Source: Podarcis cretensis
Lineage: Eukaryota
NCBI GenBank assembly: GCA_951804945.1
Contig: OX638149.1
Location: 101,556,001-101,620,000, forward strand
DNA length: 64,000 nt
Direction: 5' to 3'
The translations under genes and the position numbers were made by a program. The notes below the pieces were generated by a model that was not told the DNA's origin, searched no databases, and saw nothing but the letters and a program-made list of their open reading frames with translations. Within the stretch, counting starts at the first letter, position 1. Every line of letters begins with the position of its first letter. Below are positions 23,997 through 38,100 of the stretch, piece by piece.

Positions 23997-26925
23997 ACCC
24001 TGCTTATGCAAAGGTATTCCTGTTCCTCTTGAGTTCTTTTTAACAAACAGCTAAGAACTCAGCTCAGTCTCATTCTGCCATCTAACAGCAAAAAACAAAT
24101 TCAACCTCTTGCTGCTGAAAGGGTGGCAAATTGGTTGCTGCTGACAGCTGAGTTACTCTAAACAGTCTTTAACGGTTTTGAATGAGAGCCCTCAGAAAGT
24201 ACAGGTCTTTAATGGGAATTGGCTGAATTCCATTATTTGGTGCATAAGAGGGATTTTACAACAGCTAAAATAGACACTGTGTCACAATTAAATTGTTTTT
24301 TGTTTTGTTTTTCTGCAAGCCACCATCTTCATGCATGGATAGTAATGATAACACTTTCCCCCTCTAACTCAATTTGATTCATAGCCATGACACTTAATTT
24401 GTTCCTCTAAAGCAGGAAAAACTGGATCACCAAAGGATATGATCAGTACATGACTTATTTTTCCTTTTATACAGTAATTACTCAGAGAACAATATTTTCT
24501 TGAGCATAGTTATAATTTGGAATTGAATATATCTCTGAAAATATTTTATTCCATTATACACAATGGCAAAGAATATAGTATTTGGAAATATACCCAGAAG
24601 GGGAAATCTCTTTGGCATAGTAGCCCCATCCATTTCTTTAATAGTCAAAACAAAATGAACACAGTACTTAAAGTAATAGGTTTTTAAATGTTTTCTGAGA
24701 TGAAGTGGTACTCACTCCAGAGCATTTAATTCAGTACTGCACAGTTAGAAAATTGGAAAGAATGAACAATTTGTTGTAGTGTATTTGGTTGTGTAGACAC
24801 AATGCTGCTCCTATCAGTATCATGATGCAATCTGCCACATTATTATATATTTGTACAAAAGCTGACATATGCAAAGCTGAGTTTCCAGTGCTTTCTTTTT
24901 CATCCCTTAGGAAACTGCCTAGGTGGCAGACAGAAAACATTACTGTCTGTAGGAAAGCTCAAGGCATCAGATTCTCCTGTTGGCTAACAAGAATAAGTTC
25001 CCTTGCTGTTTTAGAAGACTAAAATGATTAGGAAGAAACAGGAAGAAAACAAAGTTGCAAATAGCAAAGTGAACTTATTTCTTCCCTTCTCTAAGTGATC
25101 TTTTTCAGGCATGTGTGGAAATAGCAGGATTCAATCAATAGAAGTTGTGAGTTTATCTATTTATAACATGCAGAACAATGCTGTACTTCAGGTGAATTCA
25201 TTAACAAACTCCTTTTGGAAGTGAAACTTTACAATGTTTCACATTGTGATGACTCTGCCAAGAATATTTGCTTTGGTATCCTTGAATGCAACCAGATGGA
25301 CACAGTTTCACCTTCAATTGCTGCAAGTTGTAGAAAAACAACATTTGAAGCACGGGCCAGCATGTTTATATACGTCATTATATATGTCATCGGAATTCAC
25401 CTCTAGTTTTGATTCAATGTTCATTTTTATATACCAGTGCAAACTACATTGCACTGGACTGGATACATAGACAGACAGAAAGACAGATACACACACACAT
25501 TATTGAGCACTGCATAATGAGTATCACAAACAGCTTATTATAAAGAATGTGATGTGGAATCTGATGCAAATTATAATGCAGACATAAGACCTTTAAGCCG
25601 CAGCGCCAGCTGAATGACAAAGACTCCTCTAGCACCTTAATGACTAACAAATTATTGTGGCATGAGGATTTGTAGGTCTACTTCAACCTAATCAGTTTTG
25701 GCTGAAGAATTATATGTCAGCAATCAGGTCAAGCACAATATGGTGCTTTTGTTTAGCCATTCTCCCACACAGATAAGGAAAAGCTCTGATAATCAAGTCT
25801 TTCCTCTCCCCCTCTACCCCACAGATGAAGTATTCTGTCAAGACCTGACACCCATTACAACTCCTTTGAGAACTTATTGTACTTTTAAAGATGATTTATA
25901 GTGTGCTTTGAACATTGTTGTTTCATATGGTGAGGTCTTGTTAAAATGCTGATGTATTGAGACAGAGCACCACCACCTTCTAAATTTAGCTCTGATCATA
26001 TATAAAACCCGTCTTGGAGGCTGTGTAGCTACAGAAATTGCTTTCCATAAGAAACAGAACCCTTCATTTCTCTTAAAAGCTTTTCACCCCTGAACAAAGC
26101 CCATTTCCTTATGGGATGTCAATCCCTAATTGATTTTGGAGGATCTGACATAAGGTTATGCAAAGATGTTTCATGCATTTGATGCTATATGCTGAGAATC
26201 AGCATATTTTTATGAGTCAGCAGAAAGTCAGCTTCATTTGAGATTTTTCTTTTGTAGCCATACAAAACTCATATGAAAGAGGCTTATAATTTGTTTAATG
26301 ACACAATTATGGGCACTTCCACATGTGCTACACACAGAATTATTGCACAGTGTCCACATGGCAGTGTCCTCATGAAAACACAATCCCATATTATTTCCCC
26401 TTTTAATCTAGATTTACTGTTTCTGCACAAAATTCAGTAAGTGGGGGGAAAACGAAGACATGATAAATTGATCTTAAAATGGGCTGCGGGATGTGGGATG
26501 ACATCACATGGATGCTGCAAAAAACATGCATGCCTAAGAAGCAATGACTCCACAATAAACTGTGTAGAACTGCCCTCTATGAGCTTTAAACAGCAACTTT
26601 CCTACTGACAAAAACAGCTCACAATAAAGAGTAAAAGCATTCCCAGTCCTAGTGCGAGGGCACATTTGGTAATCTACACCCACACTAGGACTCCAATACT
26701 TCTTTAATAATCCAATGAAAGACACATGGAGTGGGGGAAGTGAGCCAGCCTGTGATCTGCTAGATTCTGAGCAGCTCTTACAGCCGGTACCTAGATTGAT
26801 CACGGTCCATTTGCTGAACCAGCCCCAAGCTGGCACAGGGAATGAACTCAGTCTGCCTGCTCCCTACCTTGCTACCACTGCTGCTGGGCTACAGATGTGG
26901 CAGACTGCTGCCTAACACACTAACA

Positions 26926-27107
26926 GCACAATCCTATACATGTATACTGGGCAGTAAGCTCCAATGAGTTCAACGGAGAATAGTCCCGAGGAAGTATGTA
27001 TAGGAAAGTCACCTAACAGTGTTATCCTGTGAATATGTACTCAGAAGGAAGTCCCCTTAAATTCAGTAGAGCTTACTCCCAGGTATCTATGTATAGGATT
27101 GCAGTCC
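26926..27107. mobile_element. Two tandem copies of a short palindromic MITE
   Basis: The unit caatcctatac...gtatagga occurs twice. Same family as 1833-1908. Confidence 0.65.
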
Positions 27108-27175
27108 CAAAAGATTACTATCACTGTGGAGTCCCACAGAACAGACTGAACAACATCCATCCCTGTACGCTGATA

Positions 27176-27417
27176 TAGTGGTACCTCGGGTTACATACCC
27201 GTCAGATTACATACGCTTCAGGTTACAGACTCCGCTAACCCAGAAATAGTACCTCGGGTTAAGCATTTTGCTTCAGGATGAGAACAGAAATCGTGCTCCG
27301 GTGGCGCAGCGGCAGCAGGAGGCCCCATTAGCTAAAGTAGTGCTTCAGGTTAAGAGCAGTTTCAGGTTAAGAACGGACCTCCAGAACGAATTAAGTACTT
27401 AACCCGAAGTACCACTG
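27176..27417 (-). mobile_element. Tc1/mariner (Tigger/pogo-type) MITE
   Basis: TIRs (T)AGTGGTACCTCGGGTTA / TAACCCGAAGTACCACTG with TA TSDs. Reverse complement of 12864-13089. Confidence 0.93.
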
Positions 27418-28319
27418 TACTCTTTTTTAAGTATAATAACCATTAAATATAGTATATTTCTTCAAATGGCTGTTAACTGCCTGCAATTTCCCATCTGCCA
27501 CACCCCCTTAAAATGAAGTATGTGTTAAGACAAGGGAAGGCATCAGCCAGATCAGAACATAAAAGATTGCAAGTTAAGATGAAGTTTTCTTGAAACACCA
27601 GTCAACTTGCTGTCAGTACATCTAATATTCTATAGGCTCAACTTTTAAAAAGTTGTCTGTCATCCTGCCATCGCATTCATGACAATTGTTCTCTTCTCCT
27701 GAAGATTGCTTTTTACACATTTCAGAAACAAAGCATTTCTCATGCTGTGATCTTCTCCAAATATATCAGAAAGATGTGGATCTGACTGCTTAGTTTAGCA
27801 AAACCCAGCATTCCAACAGACAGCCAAGTCACTCAAATCAGTCCCGATGCTTCCATTTACTTGATGTATGTTATTCACCAAAGCTTGTTATTAACTATAG
27901 AAAATCCCTATGGCTAAAGCACAAAACTGTTTTTATTGTATTTTTTTTTAAAAAAATCTCAAGGCAAGTTCATGCACATTAGTACTTTTAACCTGTGCTG
28001 GAACTCACCTGAGAGGTGCTGGTAATGGGTTCTTGTGAGTTCCCCCTAAAAAAAAGTCCTGCTTTTAACCACTCAACTCACCATAGCTGCTTCTCTCCAC
28101 TATACTCAGTTTTCCACCCCAACAGGGTTTTGTTTACACCCAGGCCTTCAGCTATTTCCCCTCTACATTTATCCTTCTAATTGGGCCAATTATGTTTTCT
28201 TTCTTCTCTTCTTCCTCAGAACTCTTTATCCAATGCTCCATCAGCTTCCTGATTTTCAGTCAATGTTTACTTTGCCCTTTTCTTTCAACTATCTTGCATC
28301 TAGACTTCCTAGACCTTCC

Positions 28320-28663
28320 GGCTGGAATGAAGTTATGTGGCTTTAGCAGTAATGTTATAAAGGAGTATTTAAAGATGGATTGTTAACAGGTGAGAATGTA
28401 AAGTTATAATATATTAAGATAAACTATTAGGATAAAAGTAAAAATGGAAAGGATTTGCTGAAATAATTAATTGAACTAGAATACAAAAAAGGGAGGTGCG
28501 AGGAGGTCAGGCAAACAAGTAAATGAAAGTTAAGATATGGAAAGGTTGGTTTGTTTTTAATTGTTTTTAATCTTTTTGTGTTTTGTATTTTTCTCTTCTT
28601 TTTCTTTTCTTTTTTATTATTGTAACTTTTTTGAAATCTTAATAAATATTACTTTAAAAAAAA
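28320..28663 (+). mobile_element. 5'-truncated L1/Tx1-type retrotransposon 3' UTR
   Basis: T-rich tract, AATAAA at 28641-28646 and a poly(A) tail. 18-bp TSD agacttcctagac[c/a]ttcc at 28302-28319 and 28664-28681. Confidence 0.85.
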
Positions 28664-28981
28664 AGACTTCCTAGACATTCCTTACTGTCTCTGAACCCTT
28701 CCCTCTCAGCTTTGCAATCCTGTATGCCTCCTAGCTTCTCCTGTCTCTCTGTGAGGCTTTCATCTAGCAAGATGATAGCTCTAGTCACACAAAAAAGATT
28801 GTATCTACTGCCCAGTCCTCAAGGCTTGATCCCAACACTTTCATTTCCCTACAAAGCCAGTTGTTGACCATATTCTTATTTTCTCAGCAGTGTTTGGAAA
28901 CATTCAGTTACTTCACAGTAGTTCAGCCAGAAGTTTCACTACTTCAAAATCCTCTGGAGGATTACAATATAGACCATTTAT

Positions 28982-29308
28982 CACAGAGCCTAGGACTTGC
29001 CGATCAGAAGGTCGGCAGTTTGAATCCCCGCAATGGGGTGAGCTCCCGCTGCTTGGTCCCTGCTCCTGCCAACCTAGCAGTTCAAAAGCACATCAAAGTG
29101 CAAGTAGATAAATAGGTACCGCTCCGGAGGGAAGGTAAACGGCGTTTCCGTGCGCTACTCTGGTTCGCTAGAAGCGTCTTAGTCATGCTGGCCACATGAC
29201 CTGGAAGCTGTACGCCGGCTCCCTCGGTCAATAAAGCGAGATGAGCGCCGCAACCCCAGAGTCAGCCACAACTGGACCTAATGGTCAGGGGTCCCTTTAC
29301 CTTTACTT
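28982..29308 (+). mobile_element. Sauria SINE, 5'-truncated, different subfamily
   Basis: gcctaggacttgccgatc...gtagataaataggtaccgct...caggggtccctttacctttac. The 3' half differs diagnostically from the 8623 copy. Confidence 0.95.
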
Positions 29309-29383
29309 TAAAAAATTGAACAAAGATCTAAGTCCTAAATGATGTAGACACCCAAAATCTGAAAGACCGGCCCCTTCCCTACA

Positions 29384-30450
29384 TAATAATAATTTAATAA
29401 TTATTTTATTATTTATACCCACCCATCTGGCTGGGTTTCCCCAGCAACTCTGGGCGGCTCCCAACAGAACACTAAAAACAAAATAAAACTTCAAACATTT
29501 AAAACTTCCCTAAACAGGGCTGCATTCAGATGTCCTCTAAAAGTCAGATAGTTGTTTATTTCCTTGACATCTGATGGGAGGGCGTTCCACAGGGTGGGCG
29601 CCACTACCGAGAAGGCCCTCTGCCTGGTTCCCTGTAACCTCACTTCTCACAGTGAGGGAACCGCCAGAAGGCCCTCAGAGCTGGACCTCAGTGTCCAGGC
29701 AGAACGATGGGGGTGGAGATGCTCCTTCAGGTATACTGGGCCAAGGCCATTTAGGGCTTTAAAGGTCAGCACCAACACTTTGAATTGTGCTTGGAAACAT
29801 ACTGGGAGCCAAGGTAGGTCTTTAAGGAACAGTGTAATATGGTGTTGGCAGCCACTCCCAGTCACCAGTCTGACTGCCGCATTCTGGATTAGTTGTAGCT
29901 TCCAGGTCACCTTCAAAAGTAGCAGTAATCCAAGCGGGAGATAAGTAGAGCATGCATCACTCTGGTGAGACAGTCTGCAGACAGGTAAGGTCTCAGCCTG
30001 CGTACCAGGTGGAGCTGGTAGACAGCTGCCCTGGACACAGAATTGACCTGCACCTCCATGGACAGCTGTGAGTCCAAAATGACTACCAGACTGCGCACCT
30101 GGTCTTTCAGGGGCACGGTTACCCCATTCAGGACCAGGGAGTCCCCCCCACCTGCTCGCCCCCTGTCCTCCAAAAATAGCACTTCTGCCTTGTCAGGATT
30201 CAAACTCAATCTGTTAGCCACCATCCATCCTCCAACCGCATCCAGGCACTCACACGGGACCTTCACCACCTTCACTGGTTCTTATTTAAAAAAGAGGTAG
30301 AGCTGGGTATCATTCACGTACTGATGACACCCAGCCCCAACCCCCTGATGATCTCTCCCAGCAGCTTCATATAGATATTAAAAAGCATGGGGGAGAGGAC
30401 GAAACCCTGAGGTACCCCACAAGTGAGAAGCCAGGGGTCTGAACACTCAT
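29384..30450 (-). mobile_element. L2 LINE, 5'-truncated, about 1.07 kb (RT C-terminal half plus 3' UTR)
   Basis: Minus-strand peptides GVPQG..LSPMLFNIYM, WMVANRLSLNPDKAEVL, SRLDYC, KLQLIQNAAVRLVTG and FKALNGLGPVYL. AT-rich (TTA)-type tail. Possible TSD ctaca (29379-29383 / 30451-30455). Contains frameshifts. Confidence 0.96.
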
Positions 30451-32943
30451 CTACAGACACTCTCAGGTGGGTCAGGATCAGCAGAAGGGAACCTCAACCA
30501 TCTAACTATAGTACAGTTAGATTTTATACTATAACAAACCATTTGGACAGAAGTATCTATTCCACATATGGAAGGACACCTTTGTATACAGCCAGTTATG
30601 TATTGAGACCCATGTGGTTTTTCTCCCACCAAACTATGGAGTTCAAATAAGCCATGTCCTCTCTAGATTGCCATTAAATGAGCAATCTTCTTCCAAACAG
30701 TCTGTTGTTACAAGAATAAGGAATTAAATACTGTCAGAATAAAGCACTGAATTTTTTAAAAAAAACTGCACTTCATTGCTTTGAGAAGGTCTAGAACGTC
30801 ATTTCTGTAACAAAAAGTGAGGCTGGGAGGAGGAGAAGCTGTGCTTTTTAGGCAAGTGCAAGTGCAGAGGACAGGAAGAGTGCAATACCAAACAGTCAAC
30901 AGATGGCAGGGTCAGTAGGAGAGCAACACCAGGCAATCAGCAGATGGGTAGGTCAGCAGTGGAGCAACATCATGTAGTTGGCAAGTGACTACAGCAGCAG
31001 GAATGCTTCTACACTCACTTCTCAACATGACATTAATCATATCTGTTGGAATTTGTATACTTCTTTGGATAAAAAATGTCTGCAAGAATTAGTGTTAAAT
31101 TTAGCAAGGCGTTTAGCTTTGTCAGAAGCTAACCACTCGCCTGCTGCTAATTCTTTCAGTTTATTCATTCTTGCACTGATGGACACATAAATGGTGGGAG
31201 ATCTTAGCAAAATAATGCATGAAAAAATATATATTAGCAGGCCTTTCTTGGACAGGTTGAGTTTTGGTCAGGAACACATCGAGTATGTGACAGAGAGCAA
31301 AGAGAAGGTAGGACGGTGTTGGAAAATACAAAAAAATATATAAAGTTCCAGAAGAGCAAGCATCAAATACACATTACAACAGGCATTTTGTTAATTTCTT
31401 GAAGAAAGGCCATTGTGTTATGCAAATTACATGTAATGAACTATTACTAGAAAATAAGGGTCCTTTTTCTTGTGTTGTTTAGTAGACTAATTCCACCGGG
31501 TTGGTAAGCAAAAAGAAAGGGTGGGAGAAGCAGCCAGTATTGCTTGTCAAAACTCCCATGATGCATATTCCTTTTTCAGAACAATTTGGAATGGCACAAG
31601 AAGTAGTTGGTGCTCCAGGTCCTTATGCAAGGAGATCTTTGTTCTGACTACTCAGGTAAAATGAATGAACTTTTCTACAATCCTTCATTGACCCTTTCTC
31701 TCCTTCTATAAAATAATAATATACATGCTTCAGGGTCTGAGAAGTGTGAAGTTTCACTTGTGCTTTGCAAGTGAAAAATGATACATAAGTTGTTATGATA
31801 GTAATTTCTCACATAGTAGTTCCACAGCTGTTGTCTCCTTACCTTTGGACTAGTGGGCAACAAGGGACCTCGGAAGACAAACCCTCATAACCCAAAGAAA
31901 TACATGGATTAATTTAGGTAAAATATTAAGTCATACCACAAGGGCATAAACAACAGAAACAGATTAAGAATGACAAGATTTCGCATTCTGACCACTGTTT
32001 TCCTTCCCATTATATGGTAATTTTTGAAGTTCATCCAAACTCCTCATACAAAACTAGCCCAGAAATGAAACTGTACCACAAATGCAAGACACTTTTCATG
32101 GCAGGCCGATGAGTTAAAAATAAAAGTTGATTTTACTTTTTTCACTTCCATGACATATACATATATCAGACAGGTCACCTCTGTGACAGTATGTCTAATT
32201 GGAAGCCAGCCATTAATTCAGACAGTGAATATCCAATTTGCATTTCTATCAAAAAGTGGCACGAAGAAAATCTTAGAACACTGGCATCAATTTAACACTT
32301 CCTTTTGCTTCTGACCTCCTTTCCTCACATGTTGCCCTATTAGTCCTTTTTCTGTGGAAATTGGGCCAGCTATCTGCATACAGAATGCTGGCCACCTCAC
32401 AGTTGGCTTCCTTATTAACAAAATATGGCAAGTAAGAAACTTAATTATGTCTCATGGAATACCAATCACTTGGGCTATTTTTGTAAACAAACTAGAGATG
32501 CTATAAAAATAGTAAGTAGCTGATCACTAGACACATTTCCATGCCTGTTTAACTGATTTCTGAGAGAAAGCCACAGTGTCATTTAAATTTGAGTGCTTGA
32601 AAAAAATTGGCAAATATTTCACTTGCTTGTTTAGGTAAATGCCACTACAGTAAACTTCCATTATTTGAAGCTTCTGATCAGGTTGACTCTCTCTCTCAAA
32701 ACAACAACATAACAGTATCTTTCATGCAGACTTCTGAATATTCATTTTGGAGACTGTATTTTGTTATAATAACAAACAATATAAGCAGCTGCCTTATATT
32801 GAATTTCACTTGTTTCGCTTGTTTTTATATTTTATTTCTGCAACCTGCCCTGGGATCTTATGGTGGAGGGTGAGTAAGAAATATTATAAATCAACCAAAT
32901 AAATAGATAGATATATTCTGTTAGTCCAGTTATCTATTTAGTC

Positions 32944-34098
32944 CAGTGGTTTTCAACCTTTTTGAGTCCACAGCTCTGTTGACCAACTACATTCTTTCTG
33001 CAGCTCCTCTGTGGGATACCTGATAAAAACTTGTGCTTGTTTTGTCATTTAGCAGTTGTGCCTATCATTTTTTTAAGGCTTAACATTTAAGTAGGAGAGC
33101 TTTGAAAGGCCTTTAAAAATTATGAGTCATTCATTGCCCTGCTAAATGCTGTTTTTGTAAGTTGTAACCAATTTAAATAATAAAAATTAATAATCATATA
33201 ATCTGAAAAACATATTAACCAAAAGAAAATACAAACAAAGTGCGCTTTGAAACACTTTGAGAGCTCTTCCCCACTAGGTGGCCAACTCCTCACCCTCATG
33301 GAAATACAGGTTACAAGGCAGGTGAGATTATAGAAAATGGGGAAGTGAAATAGTAAATTGGTATTCATCTGAAGTGGGGGAGGCAGAAGCCATTATAAGG
33401 CCAGAAGGAAGGACAACTAAACCCAACAGGTTCCCTCCACTGGATCCACATTTTCCCTTCTTGTTACTTGCAACCATACTCTGCGTTCCCCACAATACCC
33501 CCATCCACCCACATCATCATTTATAATTTCCCAGACCAAACAAATGGGTCTCCTTTTTGCCTTCTTCCTCTCTGCTCAGCCCTCTCGCCCTACAACCAAG
33601 CCCTTTATACATCTGATAAAGGCACTCACCAAAGCACCACAGATCTGGGCCCAAGAAACCTCAAAAGAAGGAAGGTGGATGTGTGGGTAGGGTGGGACAA
33701 AGCCACTGCCTTGAATGAGTGTGGGCCCCCTCTTCCTCTTGCAGGGGAGGGTGATCAATGATTGTGTGCCACCCCCATATGGTGGCTGGGTTATTTTTGG
33801 TGTTTTTTTGCTAGGCTGAGCATGTTATAGCCAGTCAGGAGGCAAGGAGGATGAGAATAGGAAAGGAGGATGGGGAGAAAAGTACATGCTGTAGCCAAGA
33901 GGAGGGGGAAACACAGGAGGTTTAGTTAACCCTTTCAGAGGACTTGGAGGACTAGATCTATCCATTAAGAGGAAGGCAGGCAGGCAGACAGACAGACAGA
34001 CAAAGGCTAGTGCTGCCTCAGCTTTCCCCACCCACTGCTCCCCTGACGACCATTCAAAGCTCCCCAGGGAACCACAGCTCACCACACAAGAACCACTG
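32944..34098. mobile_element. Non-autonomous hAT (Charlie-type) element, 1155 bp
   Basis: Termini CAGTGGTT...AACCACTG. 8-bp TSD atttagtc (32936-32943) / atctagtc (34099-34106), close to the Charlie NTCTAGAN target preference. Confidence 0.75.
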
Positions 34099-34807
34099 AT
34101 CTAGTCCATCAACGTCAGCAATGAGTTGCTTACATGTTTCAGCTGGAGTTCCAAACATCTTTCTAGCTCTGCTATTAAGGAGCTCTTATATGAAAACTAT
34201 AAGGTTAAAAAAAATTAGGTATCCTGTGTGTGGACCCTATATACTCAGCTACTGAGCAGCATCCATGAAAAGTACAGCAGGTGCCTTCGCTATTAATAAT
34301 TTTTGGATTAAAACTGATTGTTATGAGGGCAAATATTATGCATAATTTATTTAAAAGTGTAGTTTTCCAGAGCTTCTAATGGTACTTTCATTAAGATGGA
34401 GAAAATTGCAAACATTTTTTTTTTAAAACCCCTCATATTTACAACTCCCCACCCCCCACTGCCAATCTAGGTCCTGCCTAAACAAAGCTGTAAGGCAGAG
34501 ATAACATAACATTTCACCAAGGATTAGAATTTAGAACTATGTGGAGATATTAATTCTGTCACTGGACTACTTCCAATCTATGGACGCCTTAGAGCAAGAG
34601 ATGCAAATATTTTAATCTCCCGCTATCACTACACTATTAGATCTGCTTAGCCGAGGTTATACAGAAAAACAAAATTAATGGTAAAGATAATTTCTGAATT
34701 TTTAAATAAACCATATAGAGTACCAGTATATATTTGAAGACGACTAATTTACTGGTGCAGGAATAGACCAGAAACTCTCCTAATACAACTCCATATTCTA
34801 AAACACA

Positions 34808-34902
34808 GCCTTATCCGCCATGAATTTTTCTAATCTCTTTTTAAAGCCGTAGAAGCTGGTTTCCTTCAGTACATTTTCGGGGAGCAAATTCCATGATTTA
34901 AT
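34808..34902 (-). mobile_element. CR1 LINE fragment
   Basis: ccatgaatttttctaatctctttttaaagcc...gcaaattccatgattta is the antisense of the CR1 ORF2 C-terminus (WNxLP...GFKKRLxKFM). Confidence 0.65.
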
Positions 34903-35068
34903 CTACTTTGGGTCCACTTACTATTGGTTTCCTTGTCTTCTGCCTCACAAGTCTCAACAGGACCACCCGCCACTGATTACTATAACTTCAGTCCTGTATT
35001 ACTGAACTAGAGAAAACAATTGGTTGAAAAGACTTCTCGTTTAGGGATCTGCTGGCCCTCTTCAGGCG

Positions 35069-35110
35069 TTCCTGTCAGTAAAAACGAGATTCCTGTCAGT
35101 AAAAACGAGA
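35069..35110. repeat. Perfect 21-bp tandem duplication
   Basis: ttcctgtcagtaaaaacgaga x2. Confidence 0.97.
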
Positions 35111-38100
35111 AATGACTGCAGAGATAGCAGAGGCTGTGCCAGCAGCAACAGAGTGAATGGAAGGCAAGAACAATCCAAGTCTACAGAGTTTCTTCTTGAT
35201 GAACAATAGCATATTTTAAAAGGACAAGTCTTGGGCAGCATATTCATGGCATGCCCCCACTGGAATGGAAGTGGGTAGTGGTATTGAGGGCTCCTTTCAC
35301 TATTCTACCCTCTCATTACATTCAAGTGAAAACCCAAATCTACTCTCAAATTTCATTTAGAAGCAAAGCATGGTGGAAAGCCTGCTTTCACTTATCTTGT
35401 AATAGGGCTGCTTCACATGCTTTGTTTTGAAGTTTTTCTCATCTATATTATCTACAGCTATGTTCACCGGAGAACTAGGACTGATCATGACTGCCAATTA
35501 AGGCAAGCTTGCTGCTAATGTTTGACGCAACACTTCTGAATCACGTAAAAAAAAAAAAAATTACACAAAAAAACCCATATTGTTAACCTCCACTTTGAGT
35601 TCAATGTTGCTTGTTCCACTTGGCCCTGCATCTTATTCACCTCTTGTTAGAATGGCTGCAAAGTTCAAAGCTAATAGTTCCCGGCTATAATAATCATGTG
35701 CATGACACAGACATGAATTTAATGAGTTCACTGTCAGCTGTAAAAATGAACATTTGACTTTACTATGTTGGATTTAATATGCAAAAACTATGATATTAAG
35801 GTCTCAATATTCCTAAAGGTAAGGAATATTCAGATGAATGACTGCAATGCTGCAGAAACATTAGCAACTGTGATATTACGATTATTATGTGTATGTGTAT
35901 GTGTTTGTGTGCATGCACAGAGTCCTGTCCTACGGTTTATTTCATAGCTTTTGGTTTTAGTTCTAGAGTTAAATACTTTTTATCATTTATTCTTGCTGAG
36001 TCTTTTTGGCTTTCTGCTCTCCAGTCCATGGTAGCAATTCTAAATGGTGTTGCATTATTCCTGTTTATTTTCCCAAGCTATTAAATGTCACAACGAAAAG
36101 TGCCTATTAAATTTTGTGTGTGTATTAAATACCACAGTTCTATAGGCTCTTGCAACTGAAAGAGTTTACAGCAAATAATGTTTATGTAACCCCATTACCA
36201 CTGGGCCTCTAAGTTTTCACCTCAGATTCCCCACAGCATACTACTGTACTGTGAGGCATTGCTGTAGCATATAAATAGAAGTTGAATCAATTACCCTTTC
36301 TTCTCTCCCAGTCCCAGACAGTTTGTATGCTTGGTTCAGACAATTATAAAGCACTACAGAATTTTATGGAGTTCAGGTTCTGTTCTAAAATAGAATGACT
36401 TGTCATTTCCTAAACGTAGAAGATATCTACGTCTTATATTGGAAGGTGCTAAGGGGTTTTGTGGTGGCAGCGAAACCTCTGGTAGTGATTTGTTCTGCTG
36501 GTCTGATGTCACAAGACACCATGCTTCAGGAATAAAGGAAGAAAAGCAGTTGTAGGGAGAGATGAGTCTGAAGGAATGGTGGAAATGAAGAATGAGAGTG
36601 TAAACTTAGAAAAGGGTTGTAAGGGGCCTAAAGAGACAAAGCTTCTTGTTTTGAGATGCATCCTAATAGTTTGTTTATACCAATTGGCTGAATATATGTG
36701 ATGCAGAAGATGATTGGACTGAGCAGCAGAAGCACAAAATGATTATACTTTTAACTTTAGCTGGGATGAAACACAGAATGGAAATCAAGACTCATTACAT
36801 GTTAATGTGGAAATTATGGAAACATATGTTCCTATAAGAGCATGTTAAATTGTCATGGTCAGTGAACCAAGGTCCCTGATAATTTGGAGCTAATGGAATA
36901 AAATTTATCACTTTTTATTATACCATAAATACATTCTGCTTGAGGGTGGAAAATCAGCTGTGGGTCTGGTCATTCAGAGTGACCTAGCAACCACATCACA
37001 TCACCTCAACAATATTAGGATAAATGTGTATAGGTGGAAGGAATAATCATCTTAACAGTACTTCTACTAGATAAATGGTTTGAAGACTGAAGACACAGCG
37101 GGTACCCTGCTAAAGGGGTCCAGGGTGTGTGTCTTTGTCCAGGAGCCTGCATGGGTGCCAGTGGGCCATAGCACCCTTCCAAGGGATGGCCCTGACAGGG
37201 TAGTCCTACTTGATAGATGTACTTCATAATCAAAAATAATTTGTTGACATACATCTATTTTTCTGTTGAGCAATCTTAAGACCCGTTACATTATTTCCAT
37301 TTTAAAAACATCTATTTAGACTCTACCTGAAATATCCAACATACTAAAAAGAATCGAGGATCTTTAGCCAGCACGACTGATCATACCTGGTTCACAAGTA
37401 ATCTTTGTGCACTGAAAGATTTGGTTTGGATGCCCAGTGTATCCTGTAAATTGCCCCAGTATATGGACAGTTTCAGAAGATGAAAGTTAGCACCTGTAGC
37501 CATTTATTATTATTAATAATAATATTTTGCAGTCAAGTTCATTTTTAATATTTATACATCGGCACTTTAAAATGTGTTTGAAAACTGAAATATATGGAAA
37601 CATATGAGCTAAGTAGATGTGGATCTTTTTTTCTAAATAAATTTCCCATCAAGCCGACCAACAGCATCATGTTTCAGCCTCCTGTGATTTATAACAGCTG
37701 TGATATTACACCCGTAAGATTGGGCTTTCCTTCCTCAAGCTAAGCCTATTCTTCATATTTGTTTATTTTGTAATTAATAACATGACTGGTGGCTTTTCTC
37801 CTCCATTCAAAGAATAGTTATCTGCCCATTCTTTCTCTCCATCCTATTGCAATGTAAGGTACCCATTGATTTCTACTCTCTTTCCCCCTTCCTTTATTTT
37901 AATAGTGCATATAGTTGCCCAGTGAATATTTGACTCCCTTACATGCTGCTTTCTCCTGAGGATTCCTGTGTCACAATTAAATGGATATTCACATGAGTGT
38001 AATATAATACACTGGCAAAATATAATGATGACATTTTATTTTGACCCAGTAGAATTGTCTTGATAGACATTGGAATTATGCTTTCTTAATCAGATTCTCA

